Origin: Fibrobacterota bacterium
Lineage (GTDB): Bacteria; Fibrobacterota; Fibrobacteria; UBA11236
Length of the DNA: 64,000 nucleotides
Reading direction: 5' to 3'
Assembly (NCBI GenBank): GCA_043753995.1
Contig: JAYUVP010000098.1
Coordinates: 24,841-88,840 of the forward strand
This document shows positions 48,503 through 59,254 of the stretch, piece after piece (within the stretch, counting starts at the first letter, position 1; each line of letters opens with the position of its first letter). The notes below the pieces were generated by a model that saw nothing but the letters and a program-made list of their open reading frames with translations, was not told the DNA's origin and did no database searches. Made by a program: the position numbers and the translations under genes.

Positions 48503-49816
48503 ATGAGAGATGTGATCCTTCATGCATTCAATTGGCGCTACGCCGACATCGCCGCCAAGGCCGAAGCTATCGCCGCTGCCGGCTACGGTGCCGTGCTATT
48601 CCCACCGCCGCTTTGGTCGGACGAGAATGGGGATGTTTGGTGGCAGGTCTATCAGCCCAAGGACTACCGCATCCTCCGATCTCATCTGGGTAGAAAAGCC
48701 GAACTCGTGGAGGCGGTGGAAAAACTCAAGGCCGCGGGCGTTCGCGCCATCGCCGATATCGTCTTCAATCACATGGCCAAAGAGGATCGCGAGGATCGTT
48801 TCGACTTTCCCGGTAAGGAAGCCTTGGCACGCTACGCCTCCGACCCGACCTTTCAGGAGGACAAGCTGTATGGCGACCTTACCAAGGGCCTGTTCTCCGA
48901 CCACGATTTCCACCCCGAGAAGAGCATTGAGGATTGGATGGATACTCAGCAAGTGGTCGATGCCGAGCTTGCAGGGTTACCGGACCTCACCCTTTCCATC
49001 GCCGTGGTGAGGGAGCAGGTCGAATGTCTTTCGGAACTTGTAAAGATCGGATTCGACGGTTTCCGTGGCGACGCGGTGAAGCATATGCCGCGCGAGCATG
49101 TGGCGGGCGTCTTCCATTCCCAACCCACCGAAGGACGTTTGGTATTTGGCGAAACCCTCACCTTTAGCCAAGAGGAAAACGTCGAATTCCTCTGGCCCGA
49201 TGTGAATGCCACCCGTCTATCCTTCTACGATTTTCCGCTCCAACAAACCTTGAAGCGCGCCTTGGACCTAAGCGGTTCCCTGCGAGACTTGGCCCAGCCA
49301 GAGGTGATGGGCAATGCTCTTCCGTCGTCGCGGGCGATCACGTTCACGGTGACTCACGATGTCGCTAACAACGAAGGATTCCGTGGAATGATTTTGGATG
49401 TCCAGGACGACTACCTCGCGAGGGGCTATATCCTTGGCCGGGACGGTGGTGTGCCCTTGATCTTTTCCGACCATGCGGAGAGCGCCGCCGACCATCCCGA
49501 AGACAAAGGCCGATGGGAAGAGTGCTGGAATCGCCCTGATATCGCTGCGATGGTGAAATTCCACAATGCCGTCCAGGGGTTGCCTCAGCGCAGTCTGTGG
49601 GAAGCCGACGAATCCTTGGTTTTCGCGCGCGGCGACTGCGGCATGGTGGCCATCAACAAAAGCGAAGAATGGGTCACGCTCGAAATCTGGACCTTTGGGT
49701 TACAGTGGGGAGACTACCGCTGCCAAATCCATCAGCACCTCATGGAAGTCCAGGGCGAGACATTACGATTCGCCATCCCCCCTCGAGAAATACAGATGTG
49801 GCTTAAAGAGGGGTAA
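48503..49816 (+). CDS. Cytoplasmic alpha-amylase family protein (GH13)
   Basis: VILHAFNW, WWQVYQP, ADIVFNHM, GLPDL, GFRGDAVKHM and VTHD motifs. Confidence 0.9.
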   Translation: MRDVILHAFNWRYADIAAKAEAIAAAGYGAVLFPPPLWSDENGDVWWQVYQPKDYRILRSHLGRKAELVEAVEKLKAAGVRAIADIVFNHMAKEDREDRFDFPGKEALARYASDPTFQEDKLYGDLTKGLFSDHDFHPEKSIEDWMDTQQVVDAELAGLPDLTLSIAVVREQVECLSELVKIGFDGFRGDAVKHMPREHVAGVFHSQPTEGRLVFGETLTFSQEENVEFLWPDVNATRLSFYDFPLQQTLKRALDLSGSLRDLAQPEVMGNALPSSRAITFTVTHDVANNEGFRGMILDVQDDYLARGYILGRDGGVPLIFSDHAESAADHPEDKGRWEECWNRPDIAAMVKFHNAVQGLPQRSLWEADESLVFARGDCGMVAINKSEEWVTLEIWTFGLQWGDYRCQIHQHLMEVQGETLRFAIPPREIQMWLKEG

Positions 49817-49948
49817 CCTCCTTGTTTCATCCCGGGAGCAAAGCCATCCGATCAGTAAACCTTAATGAATCCACCATCATTTAGTAGGCCATCAAACCCG
49901 GATGTTCTAAATTAGTAGTCCACACCAACATTTTAACCTGAAAACAGC

Positions 49949-50578
49949 ATGGAAAAGATTGATCAAATATTCGCCAACAACCGGAAATGGGTCGCCGATA
50001 AACTTTCCATAAGCCCAACTTATTTCGAGGATTTAGGCAAAGGACAATCGCCCGAATTTTTATACATCGGCTGTAGCGACAGCCGGGTTACCGCGGAAGA
50101 ATTGATGGGCGTGCAGCCGGGTGAAGTGTTCATTCATCGCAATATCGCCAATATGGTCATCAGTATTGATTTGAATGCAATGAGCGTATTGAATTACGCT
50201 GTTCGGCATTTGAAAGTCAACCACATCATCGTTTGCGGCCACTATGCCTGTGGCGGAGTGAAAGCCGCGATGCAAAGCGCCGATCTCGGGATATTGAATC
50301 CCTGGTTGAGAAATATCCGCGACGTGTACCGGCTGCATAAGGAAGAATTGAACGCCATTGCCGACAATGAAAAAAGATACGACAGGCTGATAGAATTGAA
50401 TGTGCAGGAGCAATGCATCAACCTGATAAAGACAGCGGCGGTGCAGCAGGCCTATAAGGACCGGGGTTTGATGGTTCATGGGTGGGTTTTTGATGTCCAT
50501 ACGGGGAAATTGATTGATTTGAAAATCGACTTCCCGAAAATTTTGAAGGAGATCATGGAGATTTATAAACTGCTTTGA
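49949..50578 (+). CDS. can: Beta-class carbonic anhydrase
   Basis: IGCSDSRV, FIHRNIAN and CGHYACGG motifs. Confidence 0.95.
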   Translation: MEKIDQIFANNRKWVADKLSISPTYFEDLGKGQSPEFLYIGCSDSRVTAEELMGVQPGEVFIHRNIANMVISIDLNAMSVLNYAVRHLKVNHIIVCGHYACGGVKAAMQSADLGILNPWLRNIRDVYRLHKEELNAIADNEKRYDRLIELNVQEQCINLIKTAAVQQAYKDRGLMVHGWVFDVHTGKLIDLKIDFPKILKEIMEIYKLL

Positions 50579-50584
50579 AGGTGA

Positions 50585-52294
50585 ATGGGATATTCAATGA
50601 GCGCTGCCAACCACGAAAGCCTATCGCCCACACCTGCGCCCCAAAGCGTTCATGCCACATTGAGGCAAGCTGGCCACCCATTAGCAGCGCATGTCACTCG
50701 CGATTTCAGGAAGATTGACGTCGGTTTTTCTTCCACTGGTTCGGGGCATGGATTGAGCGCCATTACCCTTGGAACACCAGGGTCTCCCGCCGAAAGGGAA
50801 GCGCAAACCCTTTCCGAAAACTTGCTTGCAGGCAGGGACTTGCCTGCTCCGATGCGTTTCGATTTGAGCAGCGTTCGTATTCATGCGGATAAGGCCGCTG
50901 CGGAATCCGCACGCCAAATCGGCGCTAGTGCTTATACCGTGGGTTCTCATATCGTTTTCGGTGAAGGCCAGTATCGTCCCGAGACGGCGCAAGGCCGTCA
51001 TGTTCTGGCTCATGAATTGATGCATGTCGGCCAAAGTCGATACGAAAGGTCGCCCACTTTGCATCGCTACGAAGCGCCGGAGCATCAGGATTTCGGCGAT
51101 CGGGGCCTCGCCGATCTCGCTGAATTTTTGCAAACCGACGAAGGGGAAGTTTTCGCGGACCAATTATCGCAGCCCGCAAGCCTGAAAGGCATATCCGGCG
51201 ATCCTTTTCTAATGGGCAAAGTCTTCATGGTAAATGGCGTTCGCCTAACGGTCGGCGACATCATCGCCATGGCCGGTGATTTTTATCCCGACCCGACCCA
51301 TTTGTTGAATGCCGATCCCGCGGAGCTCACCGAAATTCGCGACGCCATTCAGGAGGAGCGAGATGGCAAGCTCAAAGGCGGCAAGGCCAATGAACGCTAT
51401 CAAGCCATTACCCAGAAATATATTGGCCTTGGCAAACGTGACGCGAAGGAATCCTTCATCGGTTTGGCCAAGGTCAATGCGCCGCATTTCACCCCAACCA
51501 ATCGTGCGGCTTGGAAAGAATTGCATAAGCAGGCGCTGAAAGAAGCGCGCCTAGCCGTGAAGGACGCGGCCAAGCTGGACGCGGCATTGCTAAGAGACGC
51601 CTTCGGCGGGCACTTCCTCACGGATGCTTTCGCTTCGGGGCATTTATTCGACAAGCAAAAACTGGAAGCGGCCATACAGTTTTGGCAAAGCACCAATACC
51701 GCCAAGCCTTCCAATCCCGAAATGTCGGTTTATTACGGCATTATCGGGGGAAATATGGGCCAACTGATACTGAAAAACATTCATGACAGGTTGAATACGG
51801 AAGGCGTGGAAGTTTCCAATAAACGGGGATTGAAGTGGAAAACTTATGGCGATGATCATTTGAAAGACGGGCCTGACTCCCTAAGAATCGGGGCCTTGGC
51901 CGTATATGAATCGCGTCAGCAAATCCTCGCCGCCAATCGAGGCGGGCCTACCGAGTCGGATAGTTTGGACGAGGATCATTCCAATGAAGTCTTGGACTTA
52001 CTGCCTGACGATGCCAGCGTCGATATGGCGACAAAGAAAGCCATCAGTTATATCCCCTCTGCAGCTGCGGGAGTCACTTCGCTCATTTACCGCCAAAGAG
52101 GAGCCGGCGCTTTGGCTCTCAAGGAACAGTTGGGTATTGCTGGTTCCATCCTGGCGCCCATCATCAAATCGAATATCGCCACCATCGCCGATCCGGGGCG
52201 GGAAAAACAGCTTCTCGATCTCGAACGGAGAAGCCAACAAATGAATTCGGGAAAGCTCCTGGCTCCGCAATTCACGATATTCGATTTTCCGTAA
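50585..52294 (+). CDS. DUF4157 (eCIS core) domain protein with C-terminal Zn-dependent phospholipase C-like domain
   Basis: DUF4157: DLSSVRIHAD, AYTVGSHIVF, LAHELMHVGQ. Following domain: EH..FGD, IAMAGDFY, N..HF, HFLTDAFASGH, HD.LN..G, W..YGD. Confidence 0.75.
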   Translation: MGYSMSAANHESLSPTPAPQSVHATLRQAGHPLAAHVTRDFRKIDVGFSSTGSGHGLSAITLGTPGSPAEREAQTLSENLLAGRDLPAPMRFDLSSVRIHADKAAAESARQIGASAYTVGSHIVFGEGQYRPETAQGRHVLAHELMHVGQSRYERSPTLHRYEAPEHQDFGDRGLADLAEFLQTDEGEVFADQLSQPASLKGISGDPFLMGKVFMVNGVRLTVGDIIAMAGDFYPDPTHLLNADPAELTEIRDAIQEERDGKLKGGKANERYQAITQKYIGLGKRDAKESFIGLAKVNAPHFTPTNRAAWKELHKQALKEARLAVKDAAKLDAALLRDAFGGHFLTDAFASGHLFDKQKLEAAIQFWQSTNTAKPSNPEMSVYYGIIGGNMGQLILKNIHDRLNTEGVEVSNKRGLKWKTYGDDHLKDGPDSLRIGALAVYESRQQILAANRGGPTESDSLDEDHSNEVLDLLPDDASVDMATKKAISYIPSAAAGVTSLIYRQRGAGALALKEQLGIAGSILAPIIKSNIATIADPGREKQLLDLERRSQQMNSGKLLAPQFTIFDFP

Positions 52295-52418
52295 AAGGTT
52301 GGGCCGGACTAAACAAGCAATTCAAGGGTACGGATTGGACATCCTTGTCCATACCCAAGGGAAAGTCCGACGAATATACCCGCGGGAGCTATACCAAGGC
52401 CTAACCCGCCCAGCTTAT

Positions 52419-53195
52419 TCACTGTGGCCACAGGTTGATGCCTAAGCGCACAATCAAGGCCGTGACCACGGCCAAAAATGCCCAGCGTATCCACGCATTG
52501 CCCGCCGAGATGGCGACACGGCTGCCCAACATGCCGCCTACGAAATTGCAGGCGGCCATGGGAAGGGCTAAAGACCATACTACCGAGCCCGCCGGCAAAA
52601 ACCAGAGCAAGGCCCCGAGATTGGATCCGCCATTAATGAATTTCGCCAGTGCCGAGGCTTGCAGGAAATCGCGGCCGAATCCCAGGATCAAAATCAAAAC
52701 CAAAACGCTGCCTGTGCCCGGTCCGAAAAAGCCATCGTAAAAGCCCAGTACCATGCCTGTTACGATGAGCCAAATGGCATGATGGCGCACGAGAAAGCCG
52801 GGTCGGACTTGATGCCCTAGGTTCGGCTTCAGGGCCGTGTAAACCGCCATGATCACCAACAAAAGCAGAATGGCCGGGCGCAAGACTTGTGGATTGAGAT
52901 GGGAAACCGCACGCGCGCCGAACCAAGCCGCGATCAGGGCCGCCAAGACGCAGGGAAATAATTCACCAAGGTTCAAGGTTAGACGGCGCGCATAGGTGAT
53001 GGCGGCTCCCGTGGTGCCGAATATCGAAGCACCCTTGGTGGTGGCCAAAACACCGGCCACGGGCATTTCGGGAAAAAGCAAGAGCAGGGCCGGGGTGGTG
53101 ATGAGCCCGCCGCCCCCGACGATGGCGTCAATAAAACCGGCGGCCAGCGAGGCCAGGGCGGCGGCGATTAAGGAGGTAAGCGGAATTTCAAGCAA
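52419..53195 (-). CDS. TSUP/TauE-SafE family transporter
   Basis: AGFIDAIVGGGGLI and GFYDGFFGPGTG motifs. Divergent from the sulfate uptake operon. Confidence 0.9.
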   Translation of the reverse strand: MLEIPLTSLIAAALASLAAGFIDAIVGGGGLITTPALLLLFPEMPVAGVLATTKGASIFGTTGAAITYARRLTLNLGELFPCVLAALIAAWFGARAVSHLNPQVLRPAILLLLVIMAVYTALKPNLGHQVRPGFLVRHHAIWLIVTGMVLGFYDGFFGPGTGSVLVLILILGFGRDFLQASALAKFINGGSNLGALLWFLPAGSVVWSLALPMAACNFVGGMLGSRVAISAGNAWIRWAFLAVVTALIVRLGINLWPQ

Positions 53196-53293
53196 GGCTT
53201 AAACAGTAGGAATGCCTAGTGGCGGCCATTCGCTTGAATTGAGGCGAAAAGTACACCGGCTTTCCCGTGAACATGGATTTTTGGCCAAATACC

Positions 53294-53435
53294 CTATTTA
53301 ACTAATAGAACTTGTTTGACCACAATTTTGGAGGATATTGCAGTATTTTGCTGACATTAAAAGAATTTTAGGATTATCTCTTGACAGTCGCCATGGTCTA
53401 GGCTTACATTCTCTACATAAACGATAGACTAATAG
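53294..53435 (+). promoter_or_regulatory. Sigma70 promoter (TTGACA 53381, TACATT 53405) with candidate Rrf2 operator boxes
   Basis: -35/-10 with an 18-nt spacer. Related boxes CTATTTAACTAATAG (53294-53308) and CTACATAAACGATAG (53413-53427). ACTAATAG occurs twice. Confidence 0.55.
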
Positions 53436-53494
53436 TTTTTGGATTCGTCCCCACACCCTACCTGTCTGCCGAAGGCAAGAAACTGAGGCCCACC

Positions 53495-53656
53495 ATGTCG
53501 GAACGACAGCACGAGAATAGCTCGCCGGAATGGCAGCAGGCCCTGCAAGTGGCCCTGCGAGACTTGCGTTTTGGCTCGGTGGAAATCACCGTGCATGAAG
53601 GTAAGGTCACGCAAATCGAGCGCCACGAAAAAATTCGTCTCAACCACAACGCCTGA
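53495..53656 (+). CDS. OscA/YezD (DUF2292) small sulfur-starvation protein
   Basis: Manual translation MSERQHENSSPEWQQALQVALRDLRFGSVEITVHEGKVTQIERHEKIRLNHNA (53 aa, below the ORF-track cutoff). Confidence 0.88.
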   Translation: MSERQHENSSPEWQQALQVALRDLRFGSVEITVHEGKVTQIERHEKIRLNHNA

Positions 53657-53667
53657 TGGAGTTTTTC

Positions 53668-55137
53668 ATGTCCTATCCCCAATTGCCGACGGCACTCCGC
53701 GCCGTCTGGATTGCCACCGCCCTAGCTGCGGCCTTGATTCCAAATCGCCTGCTGGCCGGCGATTCGACGGCCGTGGATTCCCTGACTGCGAAACTGAACG
53801 AGCTGGATCAAAAGGTCCGAATTTTGGAACGCAACCGGGAAATCGATCAAGAAGCTGCAAAGGCGACCGCCGAAAAAGTCGGCAAGGCTCTCAGCGACGA
53901 CAAGGGATTCGGCCTCGTCAGTCAAGATGACAAGAGTTTCAGTCTCAAGCCAAAAGGCTTTTTGCAGAGCGTCGGCACCTATTATCTAGATGACGAAGAC
54001 AATAAGATTTATTCCAACAACTTAACGGCTCGCCGCATGCAAACCTATTTCGATGGGGTCTTGTATAAGAAATTCGCCTTCCGCGTGCATACCGATTTCG
54101 CCGGCGCCAGCTTTGTTTTGCTCGATTCCTATCTCGATTGGAATTTCCTTCCCGAGCTTTCGCTGCGCGTCGGTAAATTCAAGGTCCCGACCAATTTGGA
54201 GCGTTTGCAATCTTCTTCCCGCGCGCAATTCATCGAGCAGGGATATGCTTCGGCCTTGTTACCCAACCGCGATTTGGGCATTCAACTGTCAGGCTTGATT
54301 TCGGGTGGCTTGCTGGAATACCAAGTCGGTGTTTTCAATGGCGTGCAGGACGCCGGATCGGGCGCTGATGATGCCAGCGATGACAAGGATGCTTGGGCAC
54401 GCGTTTTCATTAGCCCATTCGCCAACTCTTCGATTTACTTATTGCAAGGTTTGGGACTAGGCGTTTCCGCCAGCCAAGGATGGCAAGAAAACGGGGCACT
54501 ACCTACTTACCGTTCGCCCAATCGCGCCGTTACCTTATTCGCTTATCGTCCAGCTGTTGCCGCCGTTCCGGCGGTTGGTACAACTCCTGCCGCTCCCGCT
54601 ATCGCGGCGGTGATTTCCAAAGGCGAAGTCAAGCGCCTGAATCCCCAAGCCAGTTATTACAATGGCGGCCTTTCCTTAGGGGGTGAATGGGCCAGCACCA
54701 CGCAAAAAGTCGAGAAGGCTGGATTCGGCAGCAAGGAATTAATCCATACCGCTTGGCAAGCATCGGCGGCCTTTGTGGTCACCGGTGAAGCACAAACCTA
54801 TAAGGGCCTCAAGGTCAAAAACGCCGTTCAAGACAGTGGTCTGGGCGCCATTGAAATTCTCGGCCGCGTCGGCGCCATCGCATTCGACGAAGACTCCTTT
54901 GAGAAAAACCTTTGGGCAGACAGCACGGCTTCGGCGAAATCTGGATTCAGCTGGACCGTGGGCGTGAACTGGTATTTGAACAATGCCGTTCGTCTGCAAC
55001 TGAATTATGAGCAAAACACTTTTGATGGCGGCCGAAAAGGCACCGTCCCGACGGGCGCGGGCGCGGCGACCCGCACCGTGGTGCTAGACAAATTCGACGA
55101 GAAAGTCATTTCACTCAGCTTTAACGTGGCTTATTGA
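53668..55137 (+). CDS. OprO/OprP-family anion-selective porin (probably sulfate)
   Basis: Signal peptide and coiled coil, RVGKFKVP..LERLQS, PNRDLG, LEYQVGVFNG, GVNWYLN and a C-terminal aromatic residue. ATG 53668 follows GGAG (alternative start 53656). Confidence 0.85.
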   Translation: MSYPQLPTALRAVWIATALAAALIPNRLLAGDSTAVDSLTAKLNELDQKVRILERNREIDQEAAKATAEKVGKALSDDKGFGLVSQDDKSFSLKPKGFLQSVGTYYLDDEDNKIYSNNLTARRMQTYFDGVLYKKFAFRVHTDFAGASFVLLDSYLDWNFLPELSLRVGKFKVPTNLERLQSSSRAQFIEQGYASALLPNRDLGIQLSGLISGGLLEYQVGVFNGVQDAGSGADDASDDKDAWARVFISPFANSSIYLLQGLGLGVSASQGWQENGALPTYRSPNRAVTLFAYRPAVAAVPAVGTTPAAPAIAAVISKGEVKRLNPQASYYNGGLSLGGEWASTTQKVEKAGFGSKELIHTAWQASAAFVVTGEAQTYKGLKVKNAVQDSGLGAIEILGRVGAIAFDEDSFEKNLWADSTASAKSGFSWTVGVNWYLNNAVRLQLNYEQNTFDGGRKGTVPTGAGAATRTVVLDKFDEKVISLSFNVAY

Positions 55138-55184
55138 GCCGCTCTCGAACCCGATAACCCATCACCAGCAGACCCATCATACCT

Positions 55185-56198
55185 ATGAAAACAACATTTA
55201 TATCCCGACCCCTGGCCGCGGCCACTCTCGGCCTAGCCCTGATCGCCAGCGCGGTTTCCGCCAAAGAAATCAAATTGCTGAACGTGTCTTATGATCCGAC
55301 TCGTGAACTTTATCACGACGTCAATGCCGCCTTCATCAAGGAATGGAAAACCAAGACTGGCGACGATGTCAAGATTGATCAAAGTCATGGCGGATCGGGC
55401 AAACAGGCCCGTGGCGTGCTGGACGGCCTCAAAGCCGACGTGGTCACCTTGGCCTTGGGCTATGATGTCGATGTGCTTTACATCCGAGGAAAGCTCCTTC
55501 CCAAGGATTGGCAGAGCAAGCTACCGCATAATAGTTCGCCCTACACTTCGACCATAGTCTTTCTCGTTCGCAAAGGAAATCCCAAGAAGCTGAAGGACTG
55601 GGGAGATTTGATTAAGCCGGGAGTTTCCATCATCACGCCGAATCCAAAAACCTCTGGCGGTGCGCGTTGGAACTATCTGGCGGCCTGGGCTTATGCCAAG
55701 CAATTGCCCGGCAGCAGCGATGAAACCGCCAAGGCTTACGTGAAGGCCCTGTTCAAAAACGTACCCGTGCTCGACGGCGGCGCCCGAGGATCCACAACGA
55801 CTTTCGTGCAGCGTGGCATCGGCGATGTCTTGCTGGCCTGGGAGAATGAAGCCTGGTTGGCGGTGAATGAGCTGGGCAAGGACAAATTCGAAATCGTCTA
55901 TCCCAGTCTCAGCATACTCGCCGAACCTCCGGTTGCCGTGGTGGAAAAAGTGGCCACCAAAAAAGGAAATGCAGTCGTGGCCAAGGCCTATTTGGATTTT
56001 CTGTACACCGACGAGGGCCAAGATTTAATAGGCAAGAATTACTACCGGCCCACTTCCGAAAAAGCCATTGCCAAGTATGCGGACAAATATCCGAAACTGA
56101 AGCTGGTCACCATTGACGCCGATTTCGGCGGCTGGGCTAAGGCCCAAAAAGATCATTTCGATGACGGCGGAAGTTTCGACGCCATCTACGCGCCTTAG
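55185..56198 (+). CDS. sbp: Sulfate ABC transporter substrate-binding protein
   Basis: [24 protein letters not shown] and [11 protein letters not shown] motifs. Confidence 0.96.
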   Translation: MKTTFISRPLAAATLGLALIASAVSAKEIKLLNVSYDPTRELYHDVNAAFIKEWKTKTGDDVKIDQSHGGSGKQARGVLDGLKADVVTLALGYDVDVLYIRGKLLPKDWQSKLPHNSSPYTSTIVFLVRKGNPKKLKDWGDLIKPGVSIITPNPKTSGGARWNYLAAWAYAKQLPGSSDETAKAYVKALFKNVPVLDGGARGSTTTFVQRGIGDVLLAWENEAWLAVNELGKDKFEIVYPSLSILAEPPVAVVEKVATKKGNAVVAKAYLDFLYTDEGQDLIGKNYYRPTSEKAIAKYADKYPKLKLVTIDADFGGWAKAQKDHFDDGGSFDAIYAP

Positions 56199-56270
56199 TT
56201 TTTCGGTCTTAGAGGCGATGGTCCGGACATCGCCTCATTTTGTTTCATGTCTTTCAGATAGGATAGAGTC

Positions 56271-57104
56271 ATGGCTTGGAAATGGAAACAGCATAGCGTG
56301 ATACCCGGATTCCGGCTCACCTTCGGCTATACCATAGCGTATTTGCTGATACTGGTTTTGATCCCCCTCGGGGCTTTGTTCTGGAAAAGCGCCACGCTTT
56401 CCTGGCCTGAACTTATCGATACCATTTTCGCTCCCCGCGTTTTGGCTTCTTACCGATTAAGCTTCGGGGCCGCAGCTGTTGCGGCGCTGTTCAATCTCCC
56501 CGTGGGCTTGCTCATCGCCTGGGTTTTGGCGCGGTATGAATTCCCGGGCCGTCGCATCATGGACGCCTTGGTGGACTTGCCTTTCGCCTTGCCTACCGCG
56601 GTGGCGGGCATTGCCTTGACCGCAGTGTTCGGGCCTTCGGGCTGGCTGGGAAAGCCTCTGCTCGCTATTGGCATCAAGGTCGCCTACACGCCTTTGGGGG
56701 TTACGGTTGCCATGATTTTCATCAGCCTGCCTTTCATCGTTCGCACGGTTCAACCGGTGTTGGAAGATCTGCAACGCGACATCGAAGAAGCGGCCGCGAC
56801 CTTAGGCGCCAATCGATGGCAAATCTTCACCCAAGTGCTTTTGCCCTTATTGGCTCCCGCACTTTTCACGGGATTCGCCCTCGCATTCGCGAGAGCTCTG
56901 GGAGAATACGGATCGATTGTTTTCATCGCCGGTAATATGCCGATGAAAACCGAAATCACGCCCTTGCTCATCATCACCAAGCTGGAGCAATACGAGTATG
57001 CCCAGGCCACGGCCATTGCCGCCACAACCTTGCTCGTCTCCTTTACCTTATTGCTGATCATCAACCGCATTCAAGCTGTTAGCCGCAAGAAGTATGGCCT
57101 ATGA
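56271..57104 (+). CDS. cysT: Sulfate ABC transporter permease CysT
   Basis: [21 protein letters not shown] and [14 protein letters not shown] motifs. Confidence 0.95.
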   Translation: MAWKWKQHSVIPGFRLTFGYTIAYLLILVLIPLGALFWKSATLSWPELIDTIFAPRVLASYRLSFGAAAVAALFNLPVGLLIAWVLARYEFPGRRIMDALVDLPFALPTAVAGIALTAVFGPSGWLGKPLLAIGIKVAYTPLGVTVAMIFISLPFIVRTVQPVLEDLQRDIEEAAATLGANRWQIFTQVLLPLLAPALFTGFALAFARALGEYGSIVFIAGNMPMKTEITPLLIITKLEQYEYAQATAIAATTLLVSFTLLLIINRIQAVSRKKYGL

Positions 57105-58015
57105 TCGAATCCAATACCGTAGACGCGCCTGAGAAAAAGGCGAAGACCACATCCAAGCCCACTCCTCGGGCGACCCTGAAAGCCGCGACTACGGAGACCC
57201 CGGCCATACGAATTTTTCTCATCTTGGCGGCGGCATTCCTGTTGTCCGGCATTTTGCTCGTGCCCCTCGCCGCCGTCTTCATCGAGGCTTTTTCCAAAGG
57301 CATAGCTGGCTTCATTCATGCCATCACCGAATCGGATACCCTGGCCGCCTTGCGACTGACCTTGCTGGCCTGCGCGATTGCCGTGCCGCTCAATGTCGTA
57401 TTCGGCTTGGCGGCGGCGTGGTGCATCGCCAAATTTGAGTTCTTCGGCAAAGATTTCTTGATCACCTTGATTGATTTGCCCTTCAGCGTTTCTCCCGTCA
57501 TATCCGGCTTGATTTTCGTTTTGCTCTTCGGCGCGCAAGGTGTTTTCGGGCCTTTCCTGCAAGAGCATGATATCAGCATCATCTTCGCGGTGCCCGGCAT
57601 CGTTTTGGCGACGACCTTCGTCACCTTTCCTTTCGTGGCGCGGGAACTCATTCCCATTATGCAAGCGCAGGGCACAGATGAAGAGCAGGCAGCCTTGGTC
57701 TTGGGATCTTCGGGATGGCAAATTTTCTGGCGCATCACCTTGCCCAATATCAAGTGGGGGCTGCTTTACGGCGTCATTCTTTGCAATGCCCGCGCCATGG
57801 GTGAATTCGGCGCGGTGTCGGTGGTTTCCGGCCATATACGCGGCCAAACCAATACCCTGCCCCTGCAAGTGGAAATCCTTTACAATGAATATGATTTCTC
57901 CGGCGCTTTCGCGGTCGCCTCGCTATTGGCACTTTTGGCAGTCGTAACCTTGATCGCGAAAAAACTGGTTGAGGGCAATGTTGCCGCCGAGCGTCGAACC
58001 GAGACAAAACCATGA
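57101..58015 (+). CDS. cysW: Sulfate ABC transporter permease CysW
   Basis: [12 protein letters not shown] and [19 protein letters not shown] motifs. Confidence 0.95.
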   Translation: MIESNTVDAPEKKAKTTSKPTPRATLKAATTETPAIRIFLILAAAFLLSGILLVPLAAVFIEAFSKGIAGFIHAITESDTLAALRLTLLACAIAVPLNVVFGLAAAWCIAKFEFFGKDFLITLIDLPFSVSPVISGLIFVLLFGAQGVFGPFLQEHDISIIFAVPGIVLATTFVTFPFVARELIPIMQAQGTDEEQAALVLGSSGWQIFWRITLPNIKWGLLYGVILCNARAMGEFGAVSVVSGHIRGQTNTLPLQVEILYNEYDFSGAFAVASLLALLAVVTLIAKKLVEGNVAAERRTETKP

Positions 58016-59091
58016 GCATCGAGATTAAAAGCATTTCGAAGAATTTCGCGACCTTCAAGGCGCTCGACAATATCAATCTCTCCATCCCCTCGGGAGAGTT
58101 GGTGGCCTTGCTCGGGCCTTCGGGTTCGGGAAAAACCACCTTGCTACGCATACTCGCGGGTTTGGAAAATCCCGATTCGGGCAGCGTTTTGTTCGAGGGC
58201 CGCGACGCTACCTACGAGCATACCCGCGATCGTCGCGTCGGCTTCGTGTTTCAGCATTATGCCTTATTCCGCCACATGACCATATTCGAAAATGTCGCCT
58301 ATGGTTTGCGCATCAAAGCCAGGAATATTCGCCTTAAGGAAAAGGAAATTGACGAACGCGTTCACAACTTGCTGACTCTGGTGCAACTCGATTGGCTGGC
58401 CGATCGCTATCCCGCCCAATTGTCCGGTGGTCAGCGCCAACGCATCGCCCTGGCGCGCGCCTTGGCCGTGGAGCCTCAAGTGCTATTGCTCGATGAGCCC
58501 TTTGGAGCCCTCGACGCCAAGGTCCGTCTCGAATTGCGCACTTGGCTGCGGCGATTGCATGATGACCTGGGAATCACTTCCGTTTTCGTCACTCACGATC
58601 AAGAAGAAGCCATGGAAGTTTCCGATCGCGTGGTCATCCTGGATCGTGGGCGTATCGAACAGGATGGTTCGCCGGAAAACGTTTACGAGAATCCGGCAAC
58701 ACCTTTTGTGTATGAGTTTCTCGGAATATCCAACAAATTCGCGGGCAATGTCCGGCAAGAGATTGTGATGGCCGGTGTTAACGTACAGGTGACTACGCAT
58801 GAAATCGACGAGCTAAATGGCGATTTCGCCTATGTGCGGCCCTTTGATTTCGACGTCAGTCGGCAGCCATTTTCCTCTGAATCCATTTCCGCGCAATTGC
58901 AGCATGCCCAGGTGGTTGGAAATGCCGTTCGCCTGTATTTACGAGTACCTGAGAAGCCAGAACCGGTGCGTGCCGAGGTGGACAAAAAGCGATACCGCGA
59001 ACTTGCCGTCGCGGCCGGTGATACCGTTTACCTCAAGCCCAAGCATGTGCAAATTTTTCAGATGGATCGTCAAAACGTGGTGGCTTATTAG
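58012..59091 (+). CDS. cysA: Sulfate ABC transporter ATP-binding protein CysA
   Basis: [29 protein letters not shown] and LLLDEPF motifs, plus a C-terminal TOBE-like region. Confidence 0.96.
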   Translation: MSIEIKSISKNFATFKALDNINLSIPSGELVALLGPSGSGKTTLLRILAGLENPDSGSVLFEGRDATYEHTRDRRVGFVFQHYALFRHMTIFENVAYGLRIKARNIRLKEKEIDERVHNLLTLVQLDWLADRYPAQLSGGQRQRIALARALAVEPQVLLLDEPFGALDAKVRLELRTWLRRLHDDLGITSVFVTHDQEEAMEVSDRVVILDRGRIEQDGSPENVYENPATPFVYEFLGISNKFAGNVRQEIVMAGVNVQVTTHEIDELNGDFAYVRPFDFDVSRQPFSSESISAQLQHAQVVGNAVRLYLRVPEKPEPVRAEVDKKRYRELAVAAGDTVYLKPKHVQIFQMDRQNVVAY

Positions 59092-59254
59092 GGTTTGATC
59101 CCCATTTTGACCTAGGATGCCGACCGGTACTCCGGAGGTTACCCCTAAACAGGAGTAACACGATCTTGCATTCCAGGTTGAATCCGATTAAGGAGAGAGC
59201 ACTTAGATTCCAAGGAAATATCATCTCGATCCCTCGGCTTGAAATTCGCGGGCA

